A stretch of 64,000 nt of DNA from Phoronis australis (GCA_002633005.1 NMRA01000211.1:350262-414261), one strand, 5' to 3'; shown: positions 1 through 12,606, counted from the stretch's first letter. Notes: a model not told the origin generated them from the letters alone. Numbers and translations are program-made.

Positions 1-520
1 TACGTTGCGTCCTCCTCTCGAGGACTTCATCAGGCCACTGCGTTGTCATGTGACTTGTCATGTGATCTGTCGTACAGTTTCCGCGGGATTCTCTTCAGCG
101 CCCTATCCAACCAGCATTGGAGGTCCAGTTATGGGGATTGCTATGATTCTGCAGTTTTTAGTCACATGGCTTCCACAGACCACTCTTTTGCCATGGAAGC
201 TGTGAAGATCCTGGATAAGGAAGAGAATTGGTTTCGGAGAGGGGTCAAAGAAGCTATCTACGAGAGAATTGAGAATCCTAGCCTCAATAGACAGGGAGGC
301 TGCAGTTTCACTTACCTAGGACATGGGATAGGGCGCTGAAGAGAATCCCGCAGAAACTGTATGACAGATCACATGACAAGTCACGTGACAACTCAGTAGC
401 CAGATGAAGTCCTCGAGAGGAGGACGCAACGTAGCCATCTCCACGTACCGTAAGTCCAGTTATAGATTTATTGATTCTTATACTATGACCCAACTGGATG
501 ACTGAAAACATTCATCGTAT
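1..520 (+). mobile_element. Penelope-like retroelement 3' end (GIY-YIG endonuclease C-terminus + pseudo-LTR), preceded by an inverted pLTR copy at 1-~110
   Basis: ORF 43-339 ends DSAVFSHM..HSF..VKILDKEENWFRRGVKEAIYER..PSLNRQGG, typical of PLE GIY-YIG tails; 1-110 is the reverse complement of ~325-433. Confidence 0.85.
395..437 (+). ncRNA. Minimal hammerhead-ribozyme-like motif in the Penelope pLTR (variant core); second copy at 1-38 on the - strand
   Basis: C[A/T]GATGA-A-GTCCTC/GAGGAC stem II-GCAA-CG-TA with TGGC/GCCA stem I; GAAA is replaced by GCAA. Confidence 0.5.
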
Positions 521-689
521 GACACAGTAGTACTTGACTCTCGCCGCATATACCCACAATGATGTAACATGCGTTGAGCAGTTGTCTGGCCTCATTTTCT
601 CTCCTTTGGAGTTTGTCACGTTATTTGTTGTTGCTTTGCTTTTTTCAAGTTTTTCTTAGTTGGATGAACTGTATTCAACCATCCAATGT

Positions 690-850
690 TATCAACGTTT
701 CTTGCTGTGCTGTGGGATGCAACTGCAACAGCAGAAAGTTGGTTTATCTTGAAAAGCACCAGTGAATACAATTTTGTCTGACATGATTCCTAAAACCAGC
801 CAGAAATTTCTGATATGAGGCCAATATACGGCAGCCCATTTTTCTACCTC
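690..850 (+). pseudogene. THAP zinc-finger-like N-terminal relic (DNA transposon derived)
   Basis: SCCAVGCNCNSRKL followed by stops. Confidence 0.4.
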
Positions 851-1380
851 CATGACAAAAGAGATTTTTATTCATGACTGTCACTTACCTTAATTATCTG
901 ATATGAAATAACTAAATGTTGCACTATTTTTGTAGTCTTGAAAACTAAGTTGCCAACACTTATTTGTAATTGATGAGATTTTATAATTAATAATATTAAG
1001 AAATGCCTGCTGGATATAGCAAAGCCCAACCTGTGAACTATTGTTTAGTGGAAGGCTCTTAGTTTCATAACCTGTTTGTCACCTTTGAACATGCTGCAGA
1101 TTTTGAAAGTTTGTTTTAGATTAAGTCTTTCATCACACTTAGTGACCCACAAAAAGACTTTATCATGTATCACTATGTAAATATAGGGGGCTTTACTCAA
1201 TTTTGGTTTGAACTATTTCAGGCTTATCACTACAGGTCAGTTGTCCACAGCATTTTAAAATGTTGAATAAATTTAATTTTTGCTTCTTTTCAGTTCTTGT
1301 GTTTTTGACGTTTTTGAGTTCACGCTACATGTAATTTATTTTTGTTTACTAAATTGTGTTTATTTATTTTTTATTTTCAG

Positions 1381-1754
1381 TTATTGCGATGTTCATACTT
1401 GGAGACAATCCTTGTACGACCCAAGTGCTAAGTCAGTATTTGCTGTAGAAGATCAACAGTTGGACCAAGAATCTGACGCAGACCAAGACGCAGGGGACAC
1501 AGATGATGAACTGATTCAGAGTTTCGGGGACGAACGTGACTTTCAAAAATTAATGGGGGATCATTCCGAGATAAGTCCTATAAAACCAACGGAAAACCCG
1601 AATTTCAACATCACTGCTGAAGTCAATATCATGGCATTATCTGAGAATAAAGAGAATGCCTCAGGGGAGCCTTGTGATGCGGACGGTGCCAGTAATGGCT
1701 CTGGAACAACAGGGGGCACTGATAAGACAGCCTCGAGTGGAAGCGGTGGCTCAG
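1381..1754 (+). CDS. TTLL10: TTLL10 exon, acidic low-complexity N-terminal region
   Basis: ttttcag acceptor, TCAG|gtactg donor, open frame, phase 1 fits the next exon. Confidence 0.75.
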
Positions 1755-4700
1755 GTACTGACATCTAGATTTTTGTTGTATTTCAAATTGAGCCCTTGTT
1801 GTATTTAGTAATACAAAAATGTATATTCCTTTGTGGTCAGTATTAAAATGATATTAAATGTTGTTTTCGTGGTACCACTCAAAGTTAACTTCATCCCGTG
1901 ATATTGTTCAATTTTTTTATCTCTTGAAAGTTAAAGGCATTACTCATCTAAAAACCACGACATCTTCATTGTGTCACAAGAAGGGTATTGTGGTTTACAT
2001 TGAAAATTTACTGCTAATTCCCTTGTCCACAGCCACACTCATTCTTGCCCATTTAACAAACTTTTCAGGGAAATTCAGTTTCTTGATTGGTACTTTTGAG
2101 TATTGAAGAGGATTACTTTGTTTTAAAGATTTTAGAAATCTGTCTGGTGCTAAGTGTCTGTCAATAAGCTAAAAGGTGATTTAGTATCCTTTTTCATTTT
2201 TTAATAACTTAAGGAGACATTGCGTTCTAATAATTGATTTGATACAATTGTTGAATGGTTTTGTTGTCTAGAAAATTTTTTGTTTTCGCCTGGTTCGCTA
2301 TGGAATGTGCTTTTAATGTTTGACCAACATTACAAGTATTACTTACATACCAGTAGCAATAATGTATGGGTTGGAATACGAGAGGGTAGAAAGGTTTCCG
2401 TTGCTACCTCTCTAAATTCCAGCCACAGTTCCATAAACCCCACTGCCAGACAAGCAACACTAAGTCCATGGTACAAATTCCAGACATGTGACCCTAAACT
2501 CCTCTCATGCTCCGGATTACCCAGTGATCAAACTCCATACCTGGACCTCACAGTCCGCGTGAGGAATATAGACTGTGAGTCTGGAGTTTGGTCACCTTGT
2601 ATGGAGCATTTGTGTGGATGTTTGTGTGTAGTTTATGATTGTAGGTCTAGAATTTGTACCAAAAGTTCAGTGTTTGTTGCGGGACTAGGGTTTAGGAGAT
2701 TATGTTCGAATTTTAGAAATGCATCTATGGACTGTTTTATATTGCCTAAATATAACTGAGATCACAACTCTTACTGCACTGAATATTTCCGAAGAAAATG
2801 AGCAACAGAATGTTTTAAGCTCAAGTTGTGAACAATTTTATTTTTCTTTAATAACTGTCTATCTTATTATAGTTGATTAAACATAACAGCGTGGTTAGAA
2901 GTTGTTGTTTTTTCATTGCTTTGTGTTAGTATTAGTTTTAGTTTAAACTCATTTTGTATTCTTTTGCTAAGATGAATAAATCCTTTAAAGCTTGAGTTGT
3001 AGATTCTTTAATTTAGAGAGCATTGTCCATAGTCAGTATTAGGCAGAAGAAAAAGATTCGATTCACTTTTGAAAAGGTGAGCTTTATTCTCATTGATAGG
3101 CAAAGCATTTTAAAACATTTGGATGAACATAAGCAGATGATTAAAAATCTGTGTCATAAATTTTTTTTAATACTATCATCTGGGGACTTTTGAGTAAAAA
3201 AGTATGTTTGTGTAAAAGGAATGCTCTCTAGATTAAGATATCTACACTGTCATAAATATCTCTGAAAATATTTTGCAAAATTCAATATTGACTTGCTTTG
3301 TTGCCATTTGTTTTATAATGCTTTGCTGTTACTTTTATCTATATATATATATTAAAATATATTAAAACAAGTTTCCTAGTTTTAACCAATGTTTACTTCT
3401 GTTGAAATTACATTTTGATTTAATAGACCATAAATTTCATTCTGTTGAATTGATTTTTATAGTACGGTGTCAATCTATCTTCTTATTTCCACTTCCAGCT
3501 TTATGTTTTTGGTTTTAAGGTTTTTTTTTGATTCTTACCATTCAGTATTAGCAATGTTATATGCAAGTTATTTTTTGTTCTGATACAACATTGTAGTTTG
3601 CTTACTGGAGTGAAGATAACTCATGTTACATCATGTAAACTTCCTGGATTGTTCATTTATGATTGTTTTTTTACATCCAGGTTCCGGGAGTCAGTCAAAC
3701 AATGGGAAGCCAGTAAAGAGATCAAAGAAATCCCCTGATTCTAATGGAGCAGGGAATCCTCGGGGTGCTGTTAGGATCAACCTTGGGAATCAACATCCAA
3801 CATTCTACATTGGAGGAGGAAACGGTGTTTCCCTGTAAGTCGTAAAATACGTACTTGTTGTGGTCATTGTATCTGTTAGATAATCCGTCAGTACGAAATA
3901 GAAGTATGAGACGGAAACGGAAAGCAACCCGTAAGTCAGAGATTTGTAACATGCCTGAGCAAAAGAATGCAGTGACTTAGTCTTTGTAATATACAGCACT
4001 TAGTGATCTTAATGCCCCCAGAGAATGTAAAATGTAAAAGGGGAGAGTGTGTCATAAATTTTAGCTTTTATTTTTGTCCCAAATTTTTTTTAGTAATTTT
4101 GATTTTGTTGGGTTGCTGTATGAACTCCTTGAACTCCATTTTCTAGTTTCTCATATACTGTAAATAGGATTGATTTTAGTTAGAAGTTAAAATAATTTTT
4201 TCTTGACCTTTGAACTGTGTGTCAGACTCTGAGGTCATGTAGTCTAGACTGGAAACTCTTGTTTAATATAACAGTGGGTTTTAAAATATTACAAGCTGCC
4301 AGTTTAAGATACCTGACACTTTTCATCTGTGGTTGTCTCTGTTCACCACCTGTGTCTAGTTGCCAATTACAAGAACTGTGAAAAAAGTTGTCTAGACTGA
4401 GGTTATGACTTATCAGATTTACACAAAATATGAGTAGTATATCATTCCTAGAGCGCCAGTCTACTAATATCCCTTTAGATACAGTGGATCCCCCCCCCGA
4501 TTGTATTGATTTATTGAAGTGGATTTCAGTGTGTAAACTGATGTGCTGTCAGGTTTTGTACATTTAAGACCTGAAACACCGCAACACAAAAAAATCGTTA
4601 AATTTTCATTGATTAATTCAACAGACTCTTTTACAATACTTCAAGTCAGACAGGATTGACTGATATCCAGTTATATTTATGATACGTGTAACCTGTTTTT

Positions 4701-7700
4701 TTTATTCTTTTTGGAAATATTAAATTGAAACGCCTCAAAATAAAGAATGGATAGAATTTTACTGTATGATCGGTTGTTACAGTTTCCAGGTGACTACTTA
4801 AAGTGCATTTGAGCATGATTTCTGTTTCAGTGTGAACAAAATCTTCATTTAACAATCATTTGTTTTTCAGTGTTGAAGGTCCTCTCCTGAAGCTTGGCTG
4901 GAAGCGAATCACAGACAAACATAATGAATACTTCAAGCTGAAATGGATGGAGTGCAAGTCACAAATAAACTACAGTATTTTTAGAGAAGGTTCGTTCTGA
5001 TTTAAAAATGGCTGCTACTTTGCCGTTGTCACCGGGTCAAGTGACTAAGATATCTGATTTGTTTGTAAGCTGGATACTATCATCGAGAATAATCAGTTGT
5101 CTTACCCATTGACCCGCTGGAGTCAGTGCATCCAAGGCAATCTGTTTAGATGTGGTNCAATACTTCAAGTCAGACAGGATTGACTGATATCCAGTTATAT
5201 TTATGATACGTGTAACCTGTTTTTTTATTCTTTTTGGAAATATTAAATTGAAACGCCTCAAAATAAAGAATGGATAGAATTTTACTGTATGATCGGTTGT
5301 TGTTACAGTTGGCAACTTTCCAGGTGACTACTTAAAGTGCATTTGAGCACAATTTCTGTTTCAGTGTGAACAAAATCTTCATTTGACAATTATTTGTTTT
5401 TCAGTGTTGAAGGTCCTCTCCTGAAGCTTGGCTGGAAGCGAATCACAGACAAACATAATGAATACTTCAAGCTGAAATGGATGGAGTGCAAGTCACAAAT
5501 AAACTACAGTATTTTTAGAGAAGGTTCGTTCTGATTTAAAAATGGCTGCTACTTTGCCGGTGTCACCGGGTCAAGTGACTAAGATATCTGATTTATTTGT
5601 AAGCTGGATACTATCATCGAGAATAATCAGTTGTCTTACCCATTGACCCGCTAGAGTCAGTGCATCCAAGGCAATCTGTTTAGACGTGGTAATGGTATCC
5701 ACCCCTGTTTACCTAATGTTAGTTTCTGAAAAATAATTAAGTCTCTCTGAAGCAATAGTACAAAGTCTCTTAGAATATACGCATAACTGCTAGTTAATGA
5801 GAATTTTTCTATATAGTATGTCTACTCTGTGATGCACTCATAATTATTTGACTTGACCTTCAGTAATTGTGAAGGGGAAGCATTAAAACCAAATTACTGT
5901 CGTGAGTCTTAAAGCCACTTTTCATGACACCTGGTCTCAAGCAATAATAAACTGACTTTTTGAAACTCTGAATTCACTAATATCGAATTTGAATAGGAAC
6001 AACTTAAGACCAATTTCATTATGGTAAGTAGTGTAAGTCAAAAAATGTATTTGTGTTGGAAGGGGCTTTTAGCCAGACTGATTCATGAGAATCTTCTCAC
6101 TTTTTATTTAAGAGACAAGTCATTTTTTCCTTTGAAATAATTGATGTGATTTGGCCAAAACAAAGCATAGATAGTTCTGGCATGTACCCCGACTTATTTT
6201 TAGACCTGTGCTCAATGACAAAAATCATAAAAATGCCTGTATCAATTTGAGTTAGATTCTGTTGTTTTTTCCTTTTGAAAGGACGAGTCGTGTAAGCAAT
6301 ACTTGAAATGCCATGATTTGCCAGGTGATGAATGAACAAATCTCACATCATTTTTGCTCGTATAAAATGGGGTATCTATTTTGAAACAGTAAACAACTAA
6401 AAAGTGCTGTACCAAAAAAGAAACGGAACCAACTAGCTTTGTTGGCCCTTTGTAGATTTCATACTCCTCTTTGAAATATCATAGCTTCATTTTTTTAAAG
6501 GTAATTATCTTTCCAACTTATTTTTGGGAAATAAGTTTGATGTTTGAAAACTCACATGGAATGGGGTTTCAAAAAGCAAATTCAGAAATGACATCTACCT
6601 GAAGCAGGCATAATGATTGGCATGAGTACGGTACCACGCTAAAAAGGTAAGTGCACCGTATTTATTCAAAAGGAGATGTTTCAGTAGTTGGTTTTACCAA
6701 GAGTATATACTCTCTTGCAGGTGAACAGCTGGTGAACCACATACCTAACTGCAATCTGCTAACCAACAAGCTGGGCTTACTTAGCAGTCTGCAGGAGTTT
6801 AGCCGTGTGTCACAGGGCATGCGGGGCAGTGGACGAATACGTATGGAGGACTTCGTTCCAGAGACGTACCGCCTTGATGACAAAGGTGACAAGAAGGCCT
6901 TTCTGGACACATTCAAGGGTAGGTATGAAACTCTTTGGAAGGACTTTTGATTCCTGGAGCGAAGTAGAGAATTTTGCGACTGCATTGGAAACAAGATGAC
7001 ATTTGAATCTGTAGTGACTGTCCAATTCAAGTTTGAAACACCATTAGTGGCAGATTACTAGACCAGTATCTTTTCATACAAAGTCATTCACTATTTATTT
7101 CTAGCTGCAGTGATCGAAGTCAAAAGTCAGAATTATTTTTACTTTCTCTCATAGCTTTTATAAAAGAACTAGTTTGCCTCAAAAAAATGGCATTTGCATT
7201 AAATACAACATTTTGGACACCCGTCACTGAGTTTATAAATGTGATTATTGTACAGATGGAGAAGTGTGGATCTGTAAGCCTACAGGGATGAATCAAGGGA
7301 AGGGGATATACTTGATATCTAGTCAGGAAGAGATTGACAACCTGATAAAGACACGCGAGGAAAAACAGCAAAGTCACAGAAAAACTAGTCGACCACTTAT
7401 GACGAGGATCATACAAAGGTTAGTCGCGCTACTTACAATCTTTGACAGTTTTGTCACTTTTATCTTCTTATTTTACCATTATTTGTTTAAGAAATCTATG
7501 TAGCCAACAGGTTAATTAAACTTCCACCAAATCTGAGTTGCATCTCAAAGACCTTTGCCACTGGCTGTAAAGCTTTGGTGTTGCCGAAGCTTCCATCAAT
7601 GGCAACGCTTAACTTCAGTCTTGAATCGAAGTTAACCCTGAAGTAAGGAGGTGGATTTAACAGTGAAGCGTCTTGGCTTTGCTACAACAGGAACACCTGT

Positions 7701-10700
7701 AACTTCGATGCCATTGGAGTTATTGGCAGGGGTCTGGACTGCCTGCCTTTGCTAATGGTGGGCGATGACTGGTTACAGTCTGTTAGTATCTTGTTCTAAT
7801 AATATTCTTTTGGCGGTATAAGATACTGTTCCAATTAATTCATCCACATATTTGCTGGATTCTGTACATTAAAAAAACACACTGAACATGTAGTGTACGT
7901 AAACCAAGTTTCTGTCACGCCATACCAGCTTTGTTTGGATCAGCTGTTAGCCTGCTCAACAGTCAAATTTTAATGTTGTATTATAGAACTTCGTCATCGT
8001 CCCAAAGTTGCAACTGTTGGCTGCCTTGTGACATTCTAGTTTCTATCTGGGAACAGAGCCGAGGTCCTAATTACTGTTTTTTTATGGCAAGCGCTGTCAA
8101 AAATAGCGAGGCCATATGTCCAATGGTCATTAGCGCCACCTTGCGATAACTTCGCTGAACTTTAACTCCAAAGCTGATGAGAACAGTAATGCTTAAATTC
8201 ACAGTTAGCTTTGGTAGTAGCAAAGTTAACTGTATGGCAAAAAGGGTTTTCAGATTTGTGAAATTTATCTGGTAGCTAAATCTTACAGAAATGAATCTTT
8301 GCAGAGTTAGCTGCTTGTATAATTCTTGCAGATGATACCATATTTTATATACATTTTGTCTGTACTGTTATGATATTTGCCTTTTAGGTACATAACTAAT
8401 CCCTTACTCCTGGATGGACACAAGTTTGACATCCGTGCATACATGCATATTGCCAGCACCGTGCCATATGTTGTTCTCTACCACAAAGGATACATCAGAA
8501 GAACCTGTGAGCCGTACACAGACGACATCACAAATCTTGCAGTGCATTTAACCAATCAGGTAGAGCCACAGATATTCATTTGTTTGTGCTAAAAGTCTGG
8601 TGTTTAAAGGACATGTTTTGAGTTTAGCTCAAGTGAACCATGTTCTGTTTCTTATTTGCCTATTTCCATCTCTGTTGAGATTTGCATTTTAATCTTAATG
8701 TGAATTTGAAGATTCGTTATGTATATTTTGTTTTCATTGCATCAGTGGTATTTAGTCTAAAATTGGACTTGAGTCCATAACTTCATATTATAACTTGAGT
8801 ATTTCTATCCAGTTTGTCCAGAAGAAGGTCGAGGCCTACAAAGAGAATAAAGATGACACAGTGTGGAGCATGGAACAATTTAATGACTATATCAACGAGA
8901 AAGTTCTACCAGAGAAGGAGGGAATGATTGATAAGGACTGGGCCCTGAGTGTTCTACCAGTAAGTCATGAGCATACAGTGATCTACTGAAGGTTCATGAT
9001 GTACAAAGTGAGCTGACTGACTGTGGTTTGGGTAGGATGAATAGTCGCTATCAGTGTTTTTATGTGTCAGTTAAATGGCTGGTGCTATTTGATTGGCGTT
9101 TAAAACCGAAGTAATTTATAAAAAGAGACCACGAAACCATTCGATAAACCTTTTTATCCCTCACTTTTCTGTGATATAAATAACACTTGTCGTCTGGAAG
9201 AAACCTTCAGTTCCTTCATGTTGATGCTTTTGGAACTACTTGGATGACGTCATAGGTCATCAGGTCAACACTGATGACAACAAAAATATTGGAATATTTG
9301 TCATCTGCACAGTCAAACTTGTATTTTTGCGTAGTTGTGTATTTGACCGTGCTTTATTGTTGATCAGAATTGTCATTTATTCAGCTACAATGCATACATC
9401 GATAAATAAATGTTTAAACGTTCACTTTTAACGCCAAGTAATAATGACACTCGTGTAATTACGTCTCATAGATTGAGTATCCTTGTGCACAACTTGTTTA
9501 TGTGCATTTTTTTCTTTCGTGCTTGTAGTGCACGGGACGTGGCTTAGCGTCAACGTGTGCGCTTGCAAGAAATTCTGAGACCCAAGTTCAAATCCCCCGC
9601 AAGCCAAATTTCGAATTTCCCGCCAAATCGATATGTGTCTCTGTTACATAACTAAAATGGTTATTAAATGGTTATATGTCTAGAAAAACAGAATAAGTGA
9701 AGGATAAATGTATAAAATATAATTATGGCTGGATTCATCTCTTTTTGTGTCTTCCTATATTCCATGCTCATCTAGTGGTAACAGCTAACTCTGTGTTATT
9801 CGATTTTAACTTATATATGAGTTTGATGTACATTCTGTTTTTTGAGTAGAGCATAGTATTATACAGCTATGGATGCTATTGATTGTTTACACCAGGGTGT
9901 ATGGTAGGATTTGTTAAATTTACATGTAGTACTATTGTCACTCTACTGTACTATGCTACATTCATGGGTGTTGCCTTTTGGCCTTTTTTAATCTGCAGTG
10001 AGCTACGCTGGCTGGTCAATTCAGTACAGTCACAACATTGCAGTGTCCAGTCTGGCAATGATCACAAATTCTTAGCTGGGTACAAAGCAGCCATCTGTAT
10101 ATCAACTGCAAAATGATATGCTAAATCAGACCATCTGTTCATGTAGCAGCGTATTCATGCTTTAATTGACGTTTGCTTTCAGAAAATCATGCAGAAGATC
10201 ATGATGTACTGTTTCAACAGTGTGAAACACAAACTTCAGCAGCGACTTGGTTACTTTGAATTGTTTGGCTTTGACTTCATGGTCGACACAGACATGAGAG
10301 TGTGGCTCATTGAGGTCAACACTAACCCAGCTCTGCACACAAACTGTGAAGTACTCAAGGATGTGCTGCCACCTATTGTGGAGGAATCCCTCTGTACGTA
10401 ACAAAGATCTAATTCTAGAGTGTCAGATAATTCTGTGAATGTCGTAATCTGTAACTCCCTCCTCTATTCCTCAGTTTTCCATTTTTCTGTTCATGATGTA
10501 ATAAAAAGTGAATAAATAACACTTTTTAACAATGAATGGGTGATTGTATCATTGTGATATGCTGAACAACAAGAGTGACGCATCATGCTAATTGTGGGTC
10601 ACTTTGCTGTTGTTGAGAATGCTTTAGATGTCTTCATGCAAACCAGCCTCACTTCCCTGTTCATTTTTCTTTCTACCAAATTTACTTGCACTCGTCCTTA

Positions 10701-12606
10701 TTCTTTCCTCTGTCAAATTGATATTGCAGCTCTTCAGTTTCCAAATGTACATGTCATTTAAATGCTCAGCTAAATACCCTACATCCCAATCTATATGCTC
10801 ATCTGATGAGAATCTTAGCTCCAAGAATGTTTGGTACTCGTTTTTCAACAACAGCTACTTACAGGAGTCCTGTTTGCCTTTGGGTAACAAACTATCAGTT
10901 TCCGCGACACATTTAATTACCATATATTCAGGGAGGAAATTAGCTGCTCTTCAGGGAAGGAGGTGTGAATTTGATATTTGCACATTCTATTTGTGTGCGA
11001 AAATGTTGAGACATATAATGTGGTCGAATCAACCATTCAGGTAAATCTCCGACTTCTAAAACATTCCTTTTTAAATGCTCATTTTCGGTTAAGGCTTGAG
11101 CACTGATTTTCAAACGTCCAAAGTAAAGAGATAATAGGGGCATGCAACAACCCGGATGCCAGTACGGTAGCTTTTAAGTTGTGTTGAGTATGACTGCATG
11201 GTACCACTGTCTTCCATTTCAGTTTCACCCTCTATTATGTGTTTGCTTTCTTCATCTTTGTAGACATAGCTATTGAATGCTTTGAAAAACACAAACAGTT
11301 AAACCGGCTTCGGTCTTCTCTCTGCCTTAACTCTGTGAAAAACTTTCAACTGCTTCTACTGCACAAACGGGAGTTTATTTTGTGTCAGAGTGAGTTTAAA
11401 TATATGCATATTTCCAGTGATCTCTTTATGCAGGTTATACAGGTAGATAAATTATTTAGTATAATTGTATTCTGGGCTCTGCTATACAGAATCTTTAGGT
11501 GCAAAAATAATTATCTTCTTAGCCAGGACTATAAACTCTTTGTTAAGCTGTGTTTAGCTACACAGTCCAAGTGGGACAGTGAGAGCAGGGTTCACAACAA
11601 ACTGCTTTCACTGACCTTGCATGTCAATTTCAAAAGGCCTATTTTGTATGAACAATGTCTGTATGGGGTAGTTTAATTACTCTGTGTTCTAGGCCACACT
11701 AGAAATTCATTGTTTTTAAACATTTACAAACAACCAGGCATGACAAAGAATTTTTTAGTAAACTTTAGACTGATGATCTGGAGATTATTACAGAACGCTT
11801 AACAAATATTGAGATTTTAAATGCAATTTGTTTTATTTCTAGACATATCTGTGGAATGTTTTGAGAAGAAGAAGAGGTCACAGCCGCTGTTACCCATTCA
11901 AGCTGTGAAAGGGTATAATTTAATGTTCCACGATGACCACAGATCATCTGGGGCTGGTTCTAGTTTAGTGATCGGCCCCCCAATAGTACCAAGGTGTTTA
12001 TCATCCATGCAACGAAGACCAAAATCAGAAGAGCCATCAAAGAAAGAAGTTACAATATCTGATTCTGAGAGAAAGGACCATCAGATGAATGAGGCTGGTA
12101 ATGATGAAGATGACATGAATAAAGAAAGCTGTGAGGAGGAACAAGAAATAAGTTCAGAGGACTCTGGGGAGGTGTTGCTGAAAACAACCCCACGTAGTGA
12201 GCCTCAGCAAAGTAAGGTCTCCACACACCAAAAGCAGCCTGTGATAAAAAAGTCAAATAACACAAAGGAATCTACCTTCAGAACTGTGACAAGTAGTAGC
12301 ACAGCGCCATCTAGTGGGTCACCACCGAAAAATAAAACAAGTACTACTGTGACAAATTTAACCAAACCAGCCTGGCCGTCTTTCATGAGCAAAATATCAC
12401 CACGAACTTTGTCTTCTGGGGCCAACCCCATGTCGCTAACCCCTGTGACATTAAACGCTACACCAGTCTCGTTGAAAATGACACATGTACACCATGAACA
12501 TAAAAGACCAAACACGCACAGAACCATAATTAACAAGCGTGCGGGAGGCGGGGCTGGCTCTAAAGTGGCACGATCAAAGTCTAAAGCTCAAGATCGTTCA
12601 AGCTAG
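1381..12606 (+). CDS. TTLL10: TTLL10-like tubulin polyglycylase, spliced gene (5' start possibly upstream of the window)
   Basis: Phase-compatible GT-AG exons encode [88 protein letters not shown], matching TTL-domain motifs of the TTLL10 subfamily. Confidence 0.92.
3681..3834 (+). CDS. TTLL10: TTLL10 exon (..[13 protein letters not shown])
   Basis: catccag acceptor, gtaagt donor. Confidence 0.9.
4871..4989 (+). CDS. TTLL10: TTLL10 exon ([39 protein letters not shown]), copy 1
   Basis: 119 nt, phase 2 to 1, ttttcag/gttcgt boundaries. Confidence 0.85.
5405..5523 (+). CDS. TTLL10: TTLL10 exon, identical copy 2 (probable allelic duplicate)
   Basis: Same 119 nt as 4871-4989, inside a ~530-bp tandem duplication joined by an N. 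Confidence 0.6.
6050..6500 (+). mobile_element. Dispersed non-autonomous repeat; related inverted copy at ~13620-14040
   Basis: gtaccccgacttatttttagacctgtg matches the reverse complement of cacaggtctcgaaatgagccggggtac. Confidence 0.6.
6721..6918 (+). CDS. TTLL10: TTLL10 exon ([29 protein letters not shown])
   Basis: cttgcag acceptor, gtaggt donor. Confidence 0.92.
7256..7418 (+). CDS. TTLL10: TTLL10 exon ([20 protein letters not shown])
   Basis: tacag acceptor, gttagt donor. Confidence 0.93.
8388..8559 (+). CDS. TTLL10: TTLL10 exon ([23 protein letters not shown])
   Basis: ttttag acceptor, gtagag donor. Confidence 0.93.
8813..8959 (+). CDS. TTLL10: TTLL10 exon ([23 protein letters not shown])
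   Basis: atccag acceptor, gtaagt donor. Confidence 0.92.
9534..9606 (+). mobile_element. tRNA-derived SINE head
   Basis: A-box-like tggcttagcg and B-box gttcaaatcc; no intact cloverleaf. Confidence 0.5.
10183..10393 (+). CDS. TTLL10: TTLL10 exon ([27 protein letters not shown])
   Basis: ctttcag acceptor, gtacgt donor; catalytic ExN motif. Confidence 0.94.
11264..11389 (+). CDS. TTLL10: TTLL10 candidate duplicated cassette exon ([42 protein letters not shown])
   Basis: ctttgtag acceptor, gtgagt donor, 126 nt, phase 1-1; paralogous to the start of the terminal exon. Confidence 0.65.
11843..12606 (+). CDS. TTLL10: TTLL10 terminal exon ([24 protein letters not shown] + S/T/K-rich tail)
   Basis: tttctag acceptor, long open frame to TAG at 12604-12606. 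Confidence 0.9.

Larger units (their letters stand above)
4634..5690. repeat. ~530-bp near-identical tandem duplication (4634-5156 / 5158-5690) across N5157
   Basis: Direct comparison; a few SNPs and a short indel. Confidence 0.95.

Noticed and set aside
2280-2759. 159-aa ORF in TTLL10 intron
   Set aside because: No recognisable domain or splice support; probably a chance or TE-derived frame, like most short ORFs in the track.
9534-9606. tRNA gene
   Set aside because: A/B boxes only, with no consistent acceptor and anticodon stems; treated as a SINE head.
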